This document shows, piece after piece, positions 38,550 through 52,397 of a DNA stretch of 64,000 bases. Each line of letters starts with the position of its first letter. Position 1 is the stretch's first letter. Under the pieces are notes generated by a model that saw nothing but the letters and a program-made list of their open reading frames with translations, was not told the DNA's origin and did not search any database. The position numbers were made by a program, and so were the translations under genes. Source of the DNA: Epiperipatus broadwayi (Eukaryota > Animalia > Onychophora); contig JAQFVV010000005.1 of the NCBI GenBank assembly GCA_028023455.1, positions 11,098,001-11,162,000 of the forward strand. The letters are read 5' to 3'.

Positions 38550-39825
38550 TTTTGTGAACCAGCTGGTTTAAATAGTAGAAACTGACAAAAATTCATCTTA
38601 ATTTAGATAGAGACAACATCTGAAGCTTGATAATAGAAAAGCAAAGAAAGAAAATGTGCTCTTAAAAGTAGTGCATCCATCAACTTAAATGATAGATAAA
38701 ATGACATATAAGTATATATCTTATAAACACTATATTAATTATGTCTAACTTTTAAGTAATTAAATGAAAATCAGGAGAAAAAGTTAAATAGGAATAGCTG
38801 GTTAACTGAAATTCTAAATCTGAAACATAATGTTGCAGCATTAAATGACATAATGAATGAAATTTCCAGCTTTTCTAAAATCCACTGTATACCTTGTAAT
38901 GTTCATGTATTACAGTTTTGCTATTTCTGATAGCTTAAAAAACATAGACTCATAACTAAATGAGGCAAATAATATTGGTCATAAACAAACCAAATATATA
39001 TAATTAATAACATGCTAATGAAGTAGAAATTTTAATGCAAATAGGAATAGTATGATAGAGATATAACTTTAGAAACCTTATAATTAGAGCTTGTTCTAAT
39101 TGATATAGTGAATCCTAAAATTATACTATCAGAGCGCATTGAGGACAAGGTAAAGCCTGTTTAAACTATTTACATATGCTCTATGTGCACTCAATAAAGT
39201 AATTACTACTATCAGAAGTAATAAAGAATCAAGTGATCAGACTTAAACTTGCTTTCAACTATTTATCACTACAAAGAAAATATAAAGTGAAGACTTGATT
39301 TTAATTAATTCCTCAAGAAATGTAAATCTCTTATCTATTACCTTTCTAAGATGTACAATTGTCACAATTGGAAATAATAAGATAGTGGGTTAAAATTGTA
39401 GAAAAGATTTAATGCTAGCTGGTTTTTATCTTGATCTTTTAATAATTTAAAATAAAAGATGTAAATGCTATAGTTTCTGCATGAGAAATTGCAGTAAAGA
39501 ATTCTGTAGATGATGAAGCTATTAGAATAAAAAATCTTCAAGAATGAATAGAATAAAATAATCCATTTTCATTATAATTTCTTCCTTTAAATTCACTTTC
39601 ACTATTGAGATTCATTTTGAATAAATCCTTGATAAATAAGTGAATGCAAAAGCAAAATATTTTCAATTGGAATTCTAAAAAGCTGCATCATTTCTACTCT
39701 CAGTGCATTGATTTTCAAATTAGAAATTTGGGATTCTTTCACTACAACTGATTATTAGTTAAAAGTCAATCTCCCAGATATTATGTAAAAAGCCACATAC
39801 CCAAGTTAATGTAGAACGTGTATAC
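38550..39825 (+). mobile_element. Decayed hAT transposase remnant
   Basis: HCIPCNVHVLQ/AISDSLK (CxxH motif) near 38880, and AT/QVNVERV (dimerisation-domain-like) near 39790. Boundaries are approximate. Confidence 0.45.
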
Positions 39826-39916
39826 TGTAGTTCATAGAGCATCCAACTTGAAATTGGAAGATCCAAGAATCGATTCTGGCACTCAAACTTCTTATGAACT
39901 CTCGAGCAATAAATCC
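39826..39916 (+). mobile_element. tRNA-derived SINE-like repeat (copy 2)
   Basis: Anticodon-like hairpin TCCAA-CTTGAAA-TTGGA; tail shared with 18052-18160. Confidence 0.5.
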
Positions 39917-42900
39917 ATATGCCCTTTTTTATAAAATTTTATTTAAATTATAAAAAGGGATTCATTTAATTAACTTTTTAAGCAAATTTTTATACATAAT
40001 TTTTAATTGTGACAAATATTTAAATAGATAAAAGTCTTAATTTGTATCATTTAGAATTAATAACTATAATTTGATATGTTTCTTTTCAGTTTTCAATCAT
40101 TTTTCAGTCATTCATAAAATTGTAGCAATATAATTTCTTTTTGGAATTAGATTTTAAAGACCATGTCATAAAAGTATTTCTGTTTTTATTCTTTATTAAC
40201 AATATCATTAGCTATGTATTATTTTGCTTAATGTTAAATACAATCAACGATTAGTTTAATTATATTTGAATTTTGAACCAAATATCTAAGAATGATGGAG
40301 TTAGAAGTTTTTCTTCCCGAAACATAATTTTTTCTAGTGGCACTATGTAAAAAAAAGTCTCTATTATAACGATCGACTAAACAGCCCAAACCTATCTGCC
40401 ACGCCAGGGTGCTACTAGGCTATTTGAACCTAAAAAATTTATAAAGGTGGCAGATGCATATGGGTGAGATTTAACTTATCGACCCGAAAGCCTAGTCACT
40501 AGCTCAGGGAGAGGCTGAGCTTAAAATATCACTCTGAATATTAAAATTTCTAATTCTTGATTTTAAAAAATATTATTAATAAAATATACAAATAAATTAC
40601 TGCCAAAAATTAATTAAACAAAGCATTTTATTATAAAGCACACATACATTAAAAGGAAAAATTCTGAAAATTAAATTAACTAGTGAATATATTTGATTTA
40701 AATTATATGCACAGATAGAAGCATTTAATAGATTTAATACAATTTTTAATATTTCACTAAGCGTAAATATGCTACATAGAATATGCATATAACTCAATTC
40801 CTTTTAACCTTAAGCCAAAATCTCGGACTTAAACCAACACTAGCTTACTGATATACCGATGTGACCAATGCAAAATGAGATTACTAGCATAACACAATCA
40901 TGCTGACAGGAATTTACATCTGTAGCATGATATCATTAGAGAAATAATGAATCATGGTGGGAAGGAATGAGCATCTTCCCCATGATCATTAATAAATTTC
41001 ATCAACAGATAGGAATGATCCACTGCCCAATTGGTGATACAAAAATTAAATCATTTGAAATATATATACAAGATGCTCTGTAAATGGGGATAGCGGTCTT
41101 TGCCAACCCGAGTGCAAGAAAATCAATGGCGTAGAAAATACGTCCATTGACAATGCGATGGCTACAATTTGGAGCCATATGTTCAAGTGGGTATTATGCC
41201 CTGTATGCTAACGTGCCACAAGGGAATGAGTATCCAATGCGCCTACCCAGATTACACTGATGTGAAACATCCGTATATCTATCCACCAACTACAAAACAA
41301 TTAGCCCAAACTTAATACACCTAAGCTAACATAATCTTACAAATCTATGCAGCCATTTACACCTATTTTAAATTATTAATTCAAAAAGAAATTTATGACA
41401 ATGGAAATAATAATAATAGCAAATATATTAAAAGAAAAATAGAACAAATAATTTAAATTTCTGCTTAATCAGATAAGAAACTTTATGACTTAGGTATCGC
41501 TTAGATAAAGTATTTGAAAAATTATTTTTTTTAGATTATGAAGTTCATACTTTCCATGGCTGTAGATTTATTTGAAGTTCGTCTTGGCGGTCCATGATGT
41601 GTCGCACAACTGTTTACAATTCATTTGACCCCATATTGATATTGTCCTAGATGGAGACAAATCCATTGCTGGCCAGTTTCCAGAAACCATCATTCTGGAG
41701 GCTGCCTTAGCTGGTGCAAATACGGGTAATGTAATTTATTGAGTGACCCCTACATTTTGGAGATTCATAATACATGTATAAAATATGTTTCAATAATATG
41801 CAATCAGTAAGAGCAATCCAAATCTAAATCTCCACTTAAAAGTTTTCTTTTTACATTATTTTGAATTCTTATCATCCAATTCCAGGATCGATCTTGCCTG
41901 GCTTGGTGGTTCTTATTGTGATGGTGACTTTTCTCTGTGGACGTGTGTTTATTTCCATCATTATTGGTCAGCTCACTTTAGAACAGGAACTCAAAATTTT
42001 ATCACTAGTAGTTTTTAATTTATCTCTTATCTGACTTTATGCCCAAGGACCTGTTTGCTATTATGTCATTACAGAAAATTATTTCCATTCTAAGATTAAA
42101 AATAACTAATTAACAGCTTTTTTTAAAAAAAAATTATATTAAAATCAATCTTGTTTTTAGATTTTTAACTTTAAATAATTATATAATTAGTTTGCTATCT
42201 GTGCATTATATATATTAATTTAAATAAAAAATTTAGTAATTTCTCTATCTGAGGTGATTTTATTTATATTTTTTTCATTTTTATTTGAAAGTGATGTAAT
42301 GGCATATATGTATACAGTTACACTATTATTTTGGTATTTATTGATTTGTACATCTTTTAAGCATCTCTACCAATTCAGAAAGATCCCACTTTCTGAATAC
42401 ACTGATATTTTAAGGATTTACTCAGTTTACATGTCAGAATTATTCTTTCTTCTAAAAATAAATTATTTCCACTTTATAAAAACTGATGTTTCAATAAAAG
42501 CATATTAGTCATATTCTTAAGATTCATTTTTTCTTATTTGTAATGTGTCTGGTCAATTTGTATAATGAGCAAATTATCTTCCAAATTTTACTTTCTCTTC
42601 TATCTCCTATCATACTTTGTTTTATTTTTCTTATTTCCATTGGATTTATTTGTTTATATTTTATAATTTTCTGTTTATTCTTATCTCCAACATATTTCAA
42701 ATATGCTTCTTTTTTTTGTAATTATTCAATTTAACAAATTCTTTACTCTCTTACATTTTTTAAATTTATACTCATATAATTGATTAGGTAGATTAATACT
42801 ATCATTATTAATACTTTCTTTTACATAGTCATCTATTCTTCTTTCTAATCTTGATGGTATCTCATTTGGAAAATAAATATTTTGCACTTTTGTTGTCAAG

Positions 42901-44423
42901 ATTGTGCTAATTATATTTAATACCATTTAATTTATATGCAATCCAAAATTTTCTTTAGATTATATTTCACCCATATCAATCATGTGGGAGAAAATCTTAC
43001 AATTGATAATTGACTCCATTCCTCTTCTCTTTCTGAGTTTTTAATTTACTAATATACATCAAATGATCTATTATTGATTTTAATTCGTTTTTATCTTGTT
43101 GTCATGTAAGTTTATGTATATTATTATGCACATTAAAAATATTTGTTCAGATATATAAACATTATATTTAAAAATCATGATTAATCTTCAATAACAAAGA
43201 TAAGCAAAATAAATATATACTTTCATCTTATTCGATAAGTTTTTAATACAAACAAAAGTATGCAGATGGGTAAGTCTATTATATAATCAAATTAAGTTGA
43301 AGTAAGAAGTAAATCATGGGTTCAGCCTAGTTGGAATATGATAGTTTCCCACCAATGATGAAGACAATCACATTATATATTTTTCTCTATTTAATTTTCA
43401 CAAAGATACTCATCTATTCATCTCAAAAAACATTACTCTTTAGATAAAATAGGTACCTACTATATATCAATATTGAAAGGCAATAGATAAGCAATCTGAA
43501 AAAAAATTCTAAGGTAATAGGTGTGCGTAAAAATAAATAAATAAATAAACTCAACCCAAACACACCAGACTATGGTTATAGCATTTGAACATCAATATAT
43601 TTTAAATACAGTTATCACTTAATAAAATACTGACAAAATGTTTATTTATTTATGAAATTATTTTAAAATTGCAAGTTTTATTACTTTGCAAAGATAAAAG
43701 GTATGAATACTCCAGTTCTTTACAAAGAGCAAATATATTCTAAAGTATAAGCTTTTAAATAATTGTGCTGGAAATGACCATTGACAATATCAAGGAAGGC
43801 AAGAAAAATGAGCAAATAGATTGATATGAATTTTTCTTAATACACAAATGACTATGATGAAATTATCTTAATTTGGTGACAATACAAAATGAAATAATTC
43901 ATTAGAAAAGATTATGAAATGATAAAATTAAAAAAAAAAAATGAAATGATAAAATTGATTATAAAAAAAAATCAACCAGCAATAAGATCAACACATTCTT
44001 TTATCATAACCATGAAAAAAGTCATTGAGATAGAACATCAGATGATAAATCATCTTGGAAACACATCCATTATATGATCTTCAGGAATCACATCTATTCT
44101 GAAAAATTTCTGAAGTTACAGTTAACACAATTAATAATAAAAGCAAAAGTTTATTCCTATATAAAAAGAAAATCAAACTGAATATTAAATTTGTGATACA
44201 TATTTTAAAAATTTGATTATGTCTGAAACTTAGAACTAATTTAGTTTGAAAGTCTACATACATATTTAATATTGGTATTAAATCTTTGCTACTTTATTTT
44301 AATTCACTGAAATTTTTAATTGTAATATAGATCTGATATTTTAAATTTCAAAAGTACACATTAAAAATTTAATAGTACAGTAACAAAAAAAAACCATATG
44401 GTAAAAAGATTTTCTTGTTATAA

Positions 44424-47416
44424 CAGCATTTATCAACTTCTGGGTCGTAACCCAATATTGGGCCGTGGCAAAATTTTTAAGGGTCATAAAATGATAAAAA
44501 AAATATAGCAGCCAGCTGTGTTCAATGGATAAAATATTTAAAAAAAAGAGTAACATGTGGTAGACTGTAGAGCTTCACAGCGCAGCACTGTAAAGAACCT
44601 AAATCATAGTCCAGCAGGTATGTGCATGCTGCAAGGCCTTGAATAGTAACCCATCATGCATAATTATGCATGCATTAATTATTTTGCTTCTGATAGCAAT
44701 TTTAATTCACAGTTCCCTTTACTGTCCACAATTATATTTTGCTTTTATGATATCCATATTTAGCTTTAAATTTAACAAAAAATTTACAAATGAAATGCCT
44801 CTAATAATCATTATTTCTTCCTAGATAATATCTAATAGTAATTCATATTTTAATGTACTTATGGCATTATACTTATTATGAACAGCAAATTAATTTCCAA
44901 ATTTAACTTAAAAATAGAGCTGTGAACTGAGTAGAAAACTGAAAATAAGTTACAGTAAAATGAAAAACAAATGGCATTTTTATACCAATTCAAACAATTA
45001 AAAGATAAAAATTATTCATTTTAAACATATTTATTTACTTCTCTGATTTGTTAAGTATTTGATGTGATCTTTGTGTTACTTATTCAACTTCAAATTTTGT
45101 ATTTTGTTGAAATTCAATAATAAAGTGTGATTTGCAATTTTTACATTTATGACTTTTTTCCCCTTTCTTTTTTTAAGTTGTTTTCTTTTTCTACAAGCTT
45201 TTCTTTCTTAGCTTTCTCATTTTTTCTACATGCAGAGTTCAGAAAATTATCATCTTATTTTCTTTTCTTTTGTTTCTTAGCCCATACTTATTATTTAATC
45301 ATGAATTAATAAAGCAAATCAATTTTTTTTTTTTTTAAAACAGAAAACAAAAATTCTCATTAAAAACATCCAGATAACAAAAATGCTGTCAATTTCAATA
45401 CTTCAAGTGAATCAATAGTGAAAAAAGTAAAATTAAAGAAGTTTTATTTACAGTTAACAAAAAAAAAAATATTACATTTACATTCACTTTTATAAAAATA
45501 AAAAAAATGGAACAGATTTACCACAATGTGTTATGTGTGGAAACAATTTCATAGCTAATATAAAGATAAATTCTAAAGATGTCTTTTTAAAAAAGGATGA
45601 ATTAAAGACAAGTAGATCTAATTTAATAAAATATGCATCTATTGATAAATGTATTGAAATTTTCTTATTTGGCAGCTTTGCATATTGCTAGATATAAGAA
45701 AGCATATACTATTGGAGTAATCTTACTAAAGTTTTATATGAAAGATCTTTGTAGTGAATTATTTGGTAAAGAATTTGAAGCAAAAATTAATGCTAATCCA
45801 ATGCCAAACAATACTACCAGTTACTAAATAAATGACTTATCTAATGACATTGAATTGCAATTAGTGCAAAAATTACAGAAATCTCAATATTATACTATTT
45901 ACTTGAACAAATCAAGTGACATTCAGTGATTTACACCAGATATATTGATTTTACATCTAAAAATGTGCAGAAAGAATTACTATGTTATTTAAAATTGGAA
46001 TCCAGATAACAAACAGGATAAATTTTTTAAAATATCAACTCTTACTTTGTAACAAAAAACATTTCATGGAATAGTTGTTTTGAGATTTGTTCTGATGGGG
46101 TTGCGGCAATGACAGAAATGAACAAGGGCTTAATAGCGTACACAAAAGAAATTGTTCATCCAGATTTGTTAATAATTCATTGTTTCATCATAAACAATTA
46201 ATGGTCAAAAATATAAGTAAAGATTTACATTATTTTCTTAATCAATGTGTACAAATAATAAACTATATTACAAATATAGCTATAAAAACCCACATCTTTG
46301 ACAATGTATGAGAGTTGGATTATTTGCTGAACTCTTGAAAACTCCTCTCAATTTATTATTGGTAAGTAAATACACTGTAGTTATTTTTTGTTTGTTATTA
46401 CAAACTTTGACAAATGAATTGTCAGTCCACAATTATGACATTACTCTTTTTTATATTTATATATTTTATTTTTGTGTTCTTTATTTCAAAGCAGTAAAAA
46501 TGTAGATATCCTCTTTAGCATTTGTTAGTCATCTGTGCCTTCATTTTATTCATCTGTTGAAAGTTCCAGAACAGCTTTATGTGCTATTCCTCTTTCTATA
46601 GTGGTGATATAAGTTAGCATCAATTCTCTTAGTAATACTTGTCTAAGTTTTTCATCTCACCCCATAAGAACTAGTCTAATAGCCTATCTTCTACTGCTCT
46701 TTAAACTCACATTATGCATTTATTAAAAATAAAAAAATAATGTAAATTATTCATTATTTCCCACCTAAAGATGATATTCGTTTGAGTAATATATGGCTCA
46801 TTAATCTTTTCGAAAAATGTAAATAAAGTAATGTCAACTTTATTAGAAGAAAAATTGGTTGAAATGTCAAGAAACAAAAATTTGAAAATGATTTTTTAAA
46901 GATAATCAAAATAATTTCAAGATATCAAATTTAAAGTAAAAAAAGGTATAAAATTATTATGACGATTTATTTAGTAGAAATTGAATTTTCATCAATGGTC
47001 ATTACAAAAAAAAATATCTGAAAACGACTTGAAGTAAGTTCTATACTGGGGTGGCATTAAATAATTCCATTGAAGTAATAATTAATACTTAAATAAACAA
47101 CAAAATATAATTAATTTTATTTCTTAAATTATTGTTTTTATTTTTTGAGATAAAATTATAAATTACTTTTTGTTTTTTTTCAGCTAGAGATTGAAATAAA
47201 TATAATTTAGAAATTTATAACAAAATTATAAATATAATTCAAATTTTTTTTAACAATTATTTTTTGAAACAGTCAGTTTTGCCTGATTAACATAATTATT
47301 TGATTTGAACAAATATTAGCACGACACAAAAATAACAATATTATAATATTTGGGTCGCGGTATCAGTACAAACGAATTTGTTGTGACTCGGAGTAAAAAA
47401 CTTTTGAGATACACTA
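44424..47416 (+). mobile_element. Buster/ZBED5-type hAT transposon, decayed, with TIRs and TSD
   Basis: Left end CAGCATTTATCAAC...GGGTCGTAACCC; right end GGGTCGCGG...TTTGAGATACACTA. 8-bp TSD TGTTATAA/TTATATAA with central TA. Coding remnants SYLAALHIARYKKAYTIG, ICSDGVAAM, HCF and TIYLVEIEFSSM. Confidence 0.8.
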
Positions 47417-47864
47417 TTATATAACAATAACAATTAATAATTAGATAGAAAAAAAAAACATGTTTACATCAAGTAAAAACCATAAAAATTTGACGAAGAG
47501 ATTACTGATTAAGCAACTAATACTATCAATGAAAATACTGTGAAAACTTTTTAATACACTAGTATAATAAAATAAAGCAATTCAATTAAAATAATTTTTA
47601 ACTTAGAGGTAATATTAAAGCGTTATTCTTTCGGCAGCCATTATTAAAAAGACGAGTTTTAAATCCGTAAAAGATAAACATTGCACAATTTGCATTACAC
47701 GTCGAGATTAAGAAATAATAGACAAAACAATCTTACCAAATTGAAGTATTTATTCCTTTTTAATGATTTAATTTGATGATTAAAGTTTTAATTTGATAAG
47801 AAAATTGACGTTATTAAGCAATTGTAATAACATACAACAAAAAGTGGCGGTCTCTAGTAACTTC

Positions 47865-48171
47865 TAAACATCACATGATCACCATTTTTTACGCTTGCTC
47901 ATAATTGTTATTAAAACAGGCAAAACTCTCCACCCAGTGCAAGTCAGAGTAGTCATTGGATGCCAGAAGGCTTGTGCATAAAATCCCTATCTAGTGCCTA
48001 CACATCCAATATCCCCAGCCTAGTTTCTAGCTTTCAGCAGTTTATGCACAAGTCTTTTGGCATCCATTGATTACTCTGGTTTGCACTGAGTGGCGATACT
48101 GTATGGAGAGATTTTCCTGTTTTAGTAACAGTTATGAGCAAGCATAAGAAATGGTGATCATGTGATGTTTA
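47865..48171. mobile_element. FB-A foldback with both termini (MITE-like)
   Basis: Perfect 22-bp TIR AAACATCACATGATCACCATTT / AAATGGTGATCATGTGATGTTT with TA at both ends. The centre is deleted through the hammerhead. Confidence 0.85.
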
Positions 48172-48464
48172 TTGACTTAAAACTTCATGTATACTTTGTG
48201 ACCTCTTTAAATTTGCACATGTATATGCTAGCCAAACTTGTCTCTAATGTTCTGTTTTTTACTTATGACTTATAGGCCATGAGAGATAAAAAGGGCTGAT
48301 ATGATATAGTATAAGTAATAACATTGGAACAGGGTGGTGCTTTGTGATTTCCCTTTAGACTCATGATCAGGCTGAGCTAAGTATGTTTTAAGATTGGCTG
48401 AGCTAAGTATGCTTTAAGATTTTATTTTTGATATTTCTAATTATTATATTAGAAGTTACAATAC

Positions 48465-48953
48465 ATAGAAGTAAACAGAATATTGGATATGAGTTAATTT
48501 ATGATAATAGCAAGGAAAGTAATTTACTGCTTAAGGCTCAAACAAGATCATTTTCAACAGGAGAATATACATATAAATGTGGGTGATTTAATCTGCAAGT
48601 TATGTAAGGAGGGCATAGAAATATTAGGCATCTGCTAATTAAATGCAAATGTTTGCAAGTAGAAAGGGTACAAATAATGAAGTTGTGGAAGAATAAATAT
48701 AAACAAAGTGATTATACAGAAAGTGGGTTCTTGGTTTTTATGCTGGGTTTGGAAAAAGATAAGGGAGAATCTAGATATAAAGGTCATAGAGTGAACAAAA
48801 ATGATATTGTAGAAATGGGATGAAGCAGGATAGAGAAGAATATGGGAAATATTTAGGGTGGGGATGGAAAGGGAAGGTAAGGTGGCTACCAGGTTTCTCT
48901 GGGCATAGTGGCTGAGATTCCTGACTTTGATAAAGGAATAATCATATCGCATC
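48465..48953 (+). mobile_element. LINE 3' end (copy 2)
   Basis: Reverse-complement homology to 541-1030. Confidence 0.8.
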
Positions 48954-50204
48954 AAATAAATAAATAGAGAAAATTTTAAAATGTTGAAATATGTTAATCT
49001 GACTATTACAATATATATATATGGATATGTGATTATAAAAAACTTTTATATAAATCTATATTAATGATAAATAATCATATAAACTATAAATAGAAAAAAG
49101 GAAATTAGTATATAAAATATTTTTTATTATTATTATTTCATAACGTGTAATAGCTATGCAAAAAAAAGAAGAAAAAAGTGAACTATGTATAATGATCTAT
49201 AAACATTCATAATAATACATGTTGTATTAAAATGCATTTTTGCTGTATAATCTTTTGCAGTTTTATTTATGCAATTAAAAATGTATCTTCTAAAAAATTA
49301 TTTATTAATATAAAAATGCAACAGCCAACCTATTAAATAATAATGTGATTGTAGCAACTCAACTTTTGAATAAATCTCAGCACTAGATAGTGTCATAATT
49401 TTTATTTAAATACATTAAGAGATTTGCATTGGATTGACTTATTTTTAATATAGTTTGTTTTTAATACAAATTATGTCTTAACAAAATTTGAGAACTCAAA
49501 TACAAATATTTTCAATTTTATATATGTCCATGTTTCTTATCCATATAAATTAAAAACAGGCCAGTTGATATATGTTCAGAGCTACAAATAATGAACCTAT
49601 TATAACAAAATAATAATTAATATGGTACTTTGTATGAAAGTAAAAGACCTAATAACTAATACATTATCTACTGAACTTTGTATAAAAATAATTAAAATCT
49701 AATAATCAAAATAATATTAAATATGATTACATGTATACAATGTATGTGTGCTTCTCATACTAATAGTGCACTCACATGCAGCAATAAGATTTAAATGAAA
49801 ACTATTATGTTAATATATACTAAACCTAATATTTTAAGCATGGTGTATGTCTCCCTTTGTTTATCTTTTTTCATTAAATAGGTATTAAAATAGTGCTTAT
49901 TTAAAAATTTGATATAAAATTAAAAATAAATATGTATGTTTCTACATATTAAAATAGAAATATGAAAAATAAAATAAATACTGTACTGTAATATATTAGA
50001 AATTATGGTTATGTGAAAAACAATATTTAACAGCATTATCTGATAATAATTAAAGTGTAATCTAAAAATATATATATATTAATTAAAATAACTTTAAAAA
50101 ACAAAGTTTATAAGAGAATAAAACTATTTACAAAAAAATATATAGCTAGATAATTAACTAATATAATAATTTGTAAACAGCTAGATTAATCTCATGATTT
50201 AATC

Positions 50205-50390
50205 CTTCAGAGCTGAAAATTAAAAATGGCAAAGTTTTAAAAAGTAATAGAAAAAAACAATTCAGAAGACATCTAAAAGATATTTGAGTTAGCATGCAAT
50301 TCTCTGTATTACTTTCCAAGTCTGGTTATCTAAAGTTTGAAAATCAGGCTACATATTTATATTGACTATCCTAATTTTATTTTACTTTGC
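50205..50390 (+). repeat. Unclassified dispersed repeat, second copy at 54013-54210
   Basis: CTTCAGAGCTG(A/G)AAATT...GCATGCA...AAAATCAG is shared between the two sites. Confidence 0.5.
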
Positions 50391-50471
50391 ATACTTTTTG
50401 AAATTACAGATATTAAGAAGTAATCGGTGCATGTAATTTATGCTGTACTGTATTTAATATATATTAATCTT

Positions 50472-51205
50472 ATAATGAATGAACAATCCTTCAATCATGC
50501 GCTTTATGAATCTACTTGCACTTGCCAATGAGCATTGACTTGAAAGTCGTAAGTGTATGTTTAGAGATTATCTGTAATTAAGCCAATCTTTGCTCAGTGT
50601 GCTGAAGTCAGAGCTTTAATCTACTTGATGCCTGAATTATATATTATCAATTTAATTGTATAAATATATTCAGGAGAGAGACATAATCTCATTTTTAACC
50701 ATCTGAGTAAAGACTGACTTATAAACAGGTAAGTGATAGGCATAAGGATACACTTATTTTTTAAGATGATACTCATAGCCAAATGCAAGTAGATTCATAA
50801 AGCACATCATCAAGGAGTTGTTCCTTCATTATAATATTTCATATGTAGGCTGCACTACATAAATAATAGAATATTTATTATAGTAAATTCAAAATTTAAT
50901 ATGTATTTCATCACAGGTGGTTAAAAATGAGATTATGTCTCCTGCTATAGTTCTAAAAGGTTTATATTAAATTGATAATATATAACTTAGGCATACAATA
51001 TATTGAAATGCTGACTTCAGCACAGTGAGCAAAAAAAAAAACATATAATACAGATAAGCTCGAAACTTAAGCATATGTTTTTCAAGTCAATTTTCATGAG
51101 TGAGTGCAAGTAGATTCATAAAATGCATGACCAGAGAGTTGTTCCTTCATTATATTTCATATGTAGGCTGCACAATATAAATGACAGAATATTTATTACA
51201 GTATA
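50472..51205. mobile_element. FB-C locus: inverted arm, partial direct arm and full direct arm
   Basis: 50472-50705 is the reverse complement of ~50914-51155. 50783-50885 repeats 51104-51203. Confidence 0.7.
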
Positions 51206-51399
51206 TATTAATTTGTACAAAGTCATAAATAAATTATTCCTTAAAATGTAACTTCTATTTTCCTTTTTGTTTAAATCATCTACATAATCACCATGGGAGC
51301 TGAAAACTTTTGTAACATATCTAAATTAAGAAAAATGCATTTACAAAGCTAGGAAAACCAATTATTTAGAAATTTTAATTCAATCTACAGGAAATTTTC

Positions 51400-52200
51400 A
51401 ACTAAGAAGATTAAATAAAGCAGTTATGAATGTGCCAAGGTCTACAAATCTGGAACAATTTCTTTTGAGAGTTTCATTAAGGCAAAAGCCCATGATGCAA
51501 AACTATTGTGTGAACTACACACAAAAATAAAATAAAAAATAGAAGTGGACTGAGTAAAAGTTTTCAAACTACCTAGTTTAAAAAATCCTCTTATGCAAAT
51601 ATAAATGACTTGGATATGTGGAAATGATCCATACTATTAAATTCTGAGGGTAAAAGACCGATTGTCTATTTTTCAAGAATGAATAGAACTATAGCCAATT
51701 AAACATGAAAGCTTTACAATATTTGGAATTAAAAAATTCCATCACTACATTCATAAAAGTGCAATTAAGTAAAGAGTGACATAAATCCTTATTAAATGTA
51801 ATTGGAAAGATCAAGCCTATTATAGAACAGTTTTAGAATGCTTAAATTATTAAGTTATAATGAACTAAAACATGAAAATGCAAACAAGGTATTGTATATG
51901 CTCTTATATGTCAGACTGTTTAGAATTATCCTAAAGAAATGAAGATAAAGTATATGGATTTGTAGAAATCATTGATAATAACAAATACATACAAAGAATC
52001 TACATATTTTTCTTTGACAATAGAGAAAATCTCTATAGTTATAATAATGTATGATAGAGTAGCTTTACCAATACAGAGAATAAAACTTTAACTTGGATAT
52101 ATCGGAGGTATTTTGTCTTTGAGATTGTGGCTGATTATATATGGTATGCAGATCTTAGGAATGATTAGAAAAATGCATTAAAGATTTGAATATTGTAAAG
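51400..52200 (+). mobile_element. Gypsy-type pol remnant (RNase H to integrase Zn region)
   Basis: GKRPIVYFSR...SQL...IFGIKKFHHYI across frameshifts. Boundaries are approximate. Confidence 0.55.
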
Positions 52201-52397
52201 CAATGTAAACTTGCCTTTAAAAAATATTAAGTGTGGTAAATAATATATTTAAACAATATATAAATCCTATAAATGAGAAAATCTTTCTCATAGTAATAGA
52301 TACTCTAGATGAAATTCAAAATAGTAAGATCTATAAATTTAGAGAAGTCTATTTCAAAAACCACACAAATTTTTAATTTATCAATTTCTGGAAATGG

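Noticed and set aside
41560-41720. Tc1/mariner-like WPAMDLSP...IWG fragment (minus strand)
   Set aside because: The motif is incomplete, and I found no TIRs or other catalytic residues.
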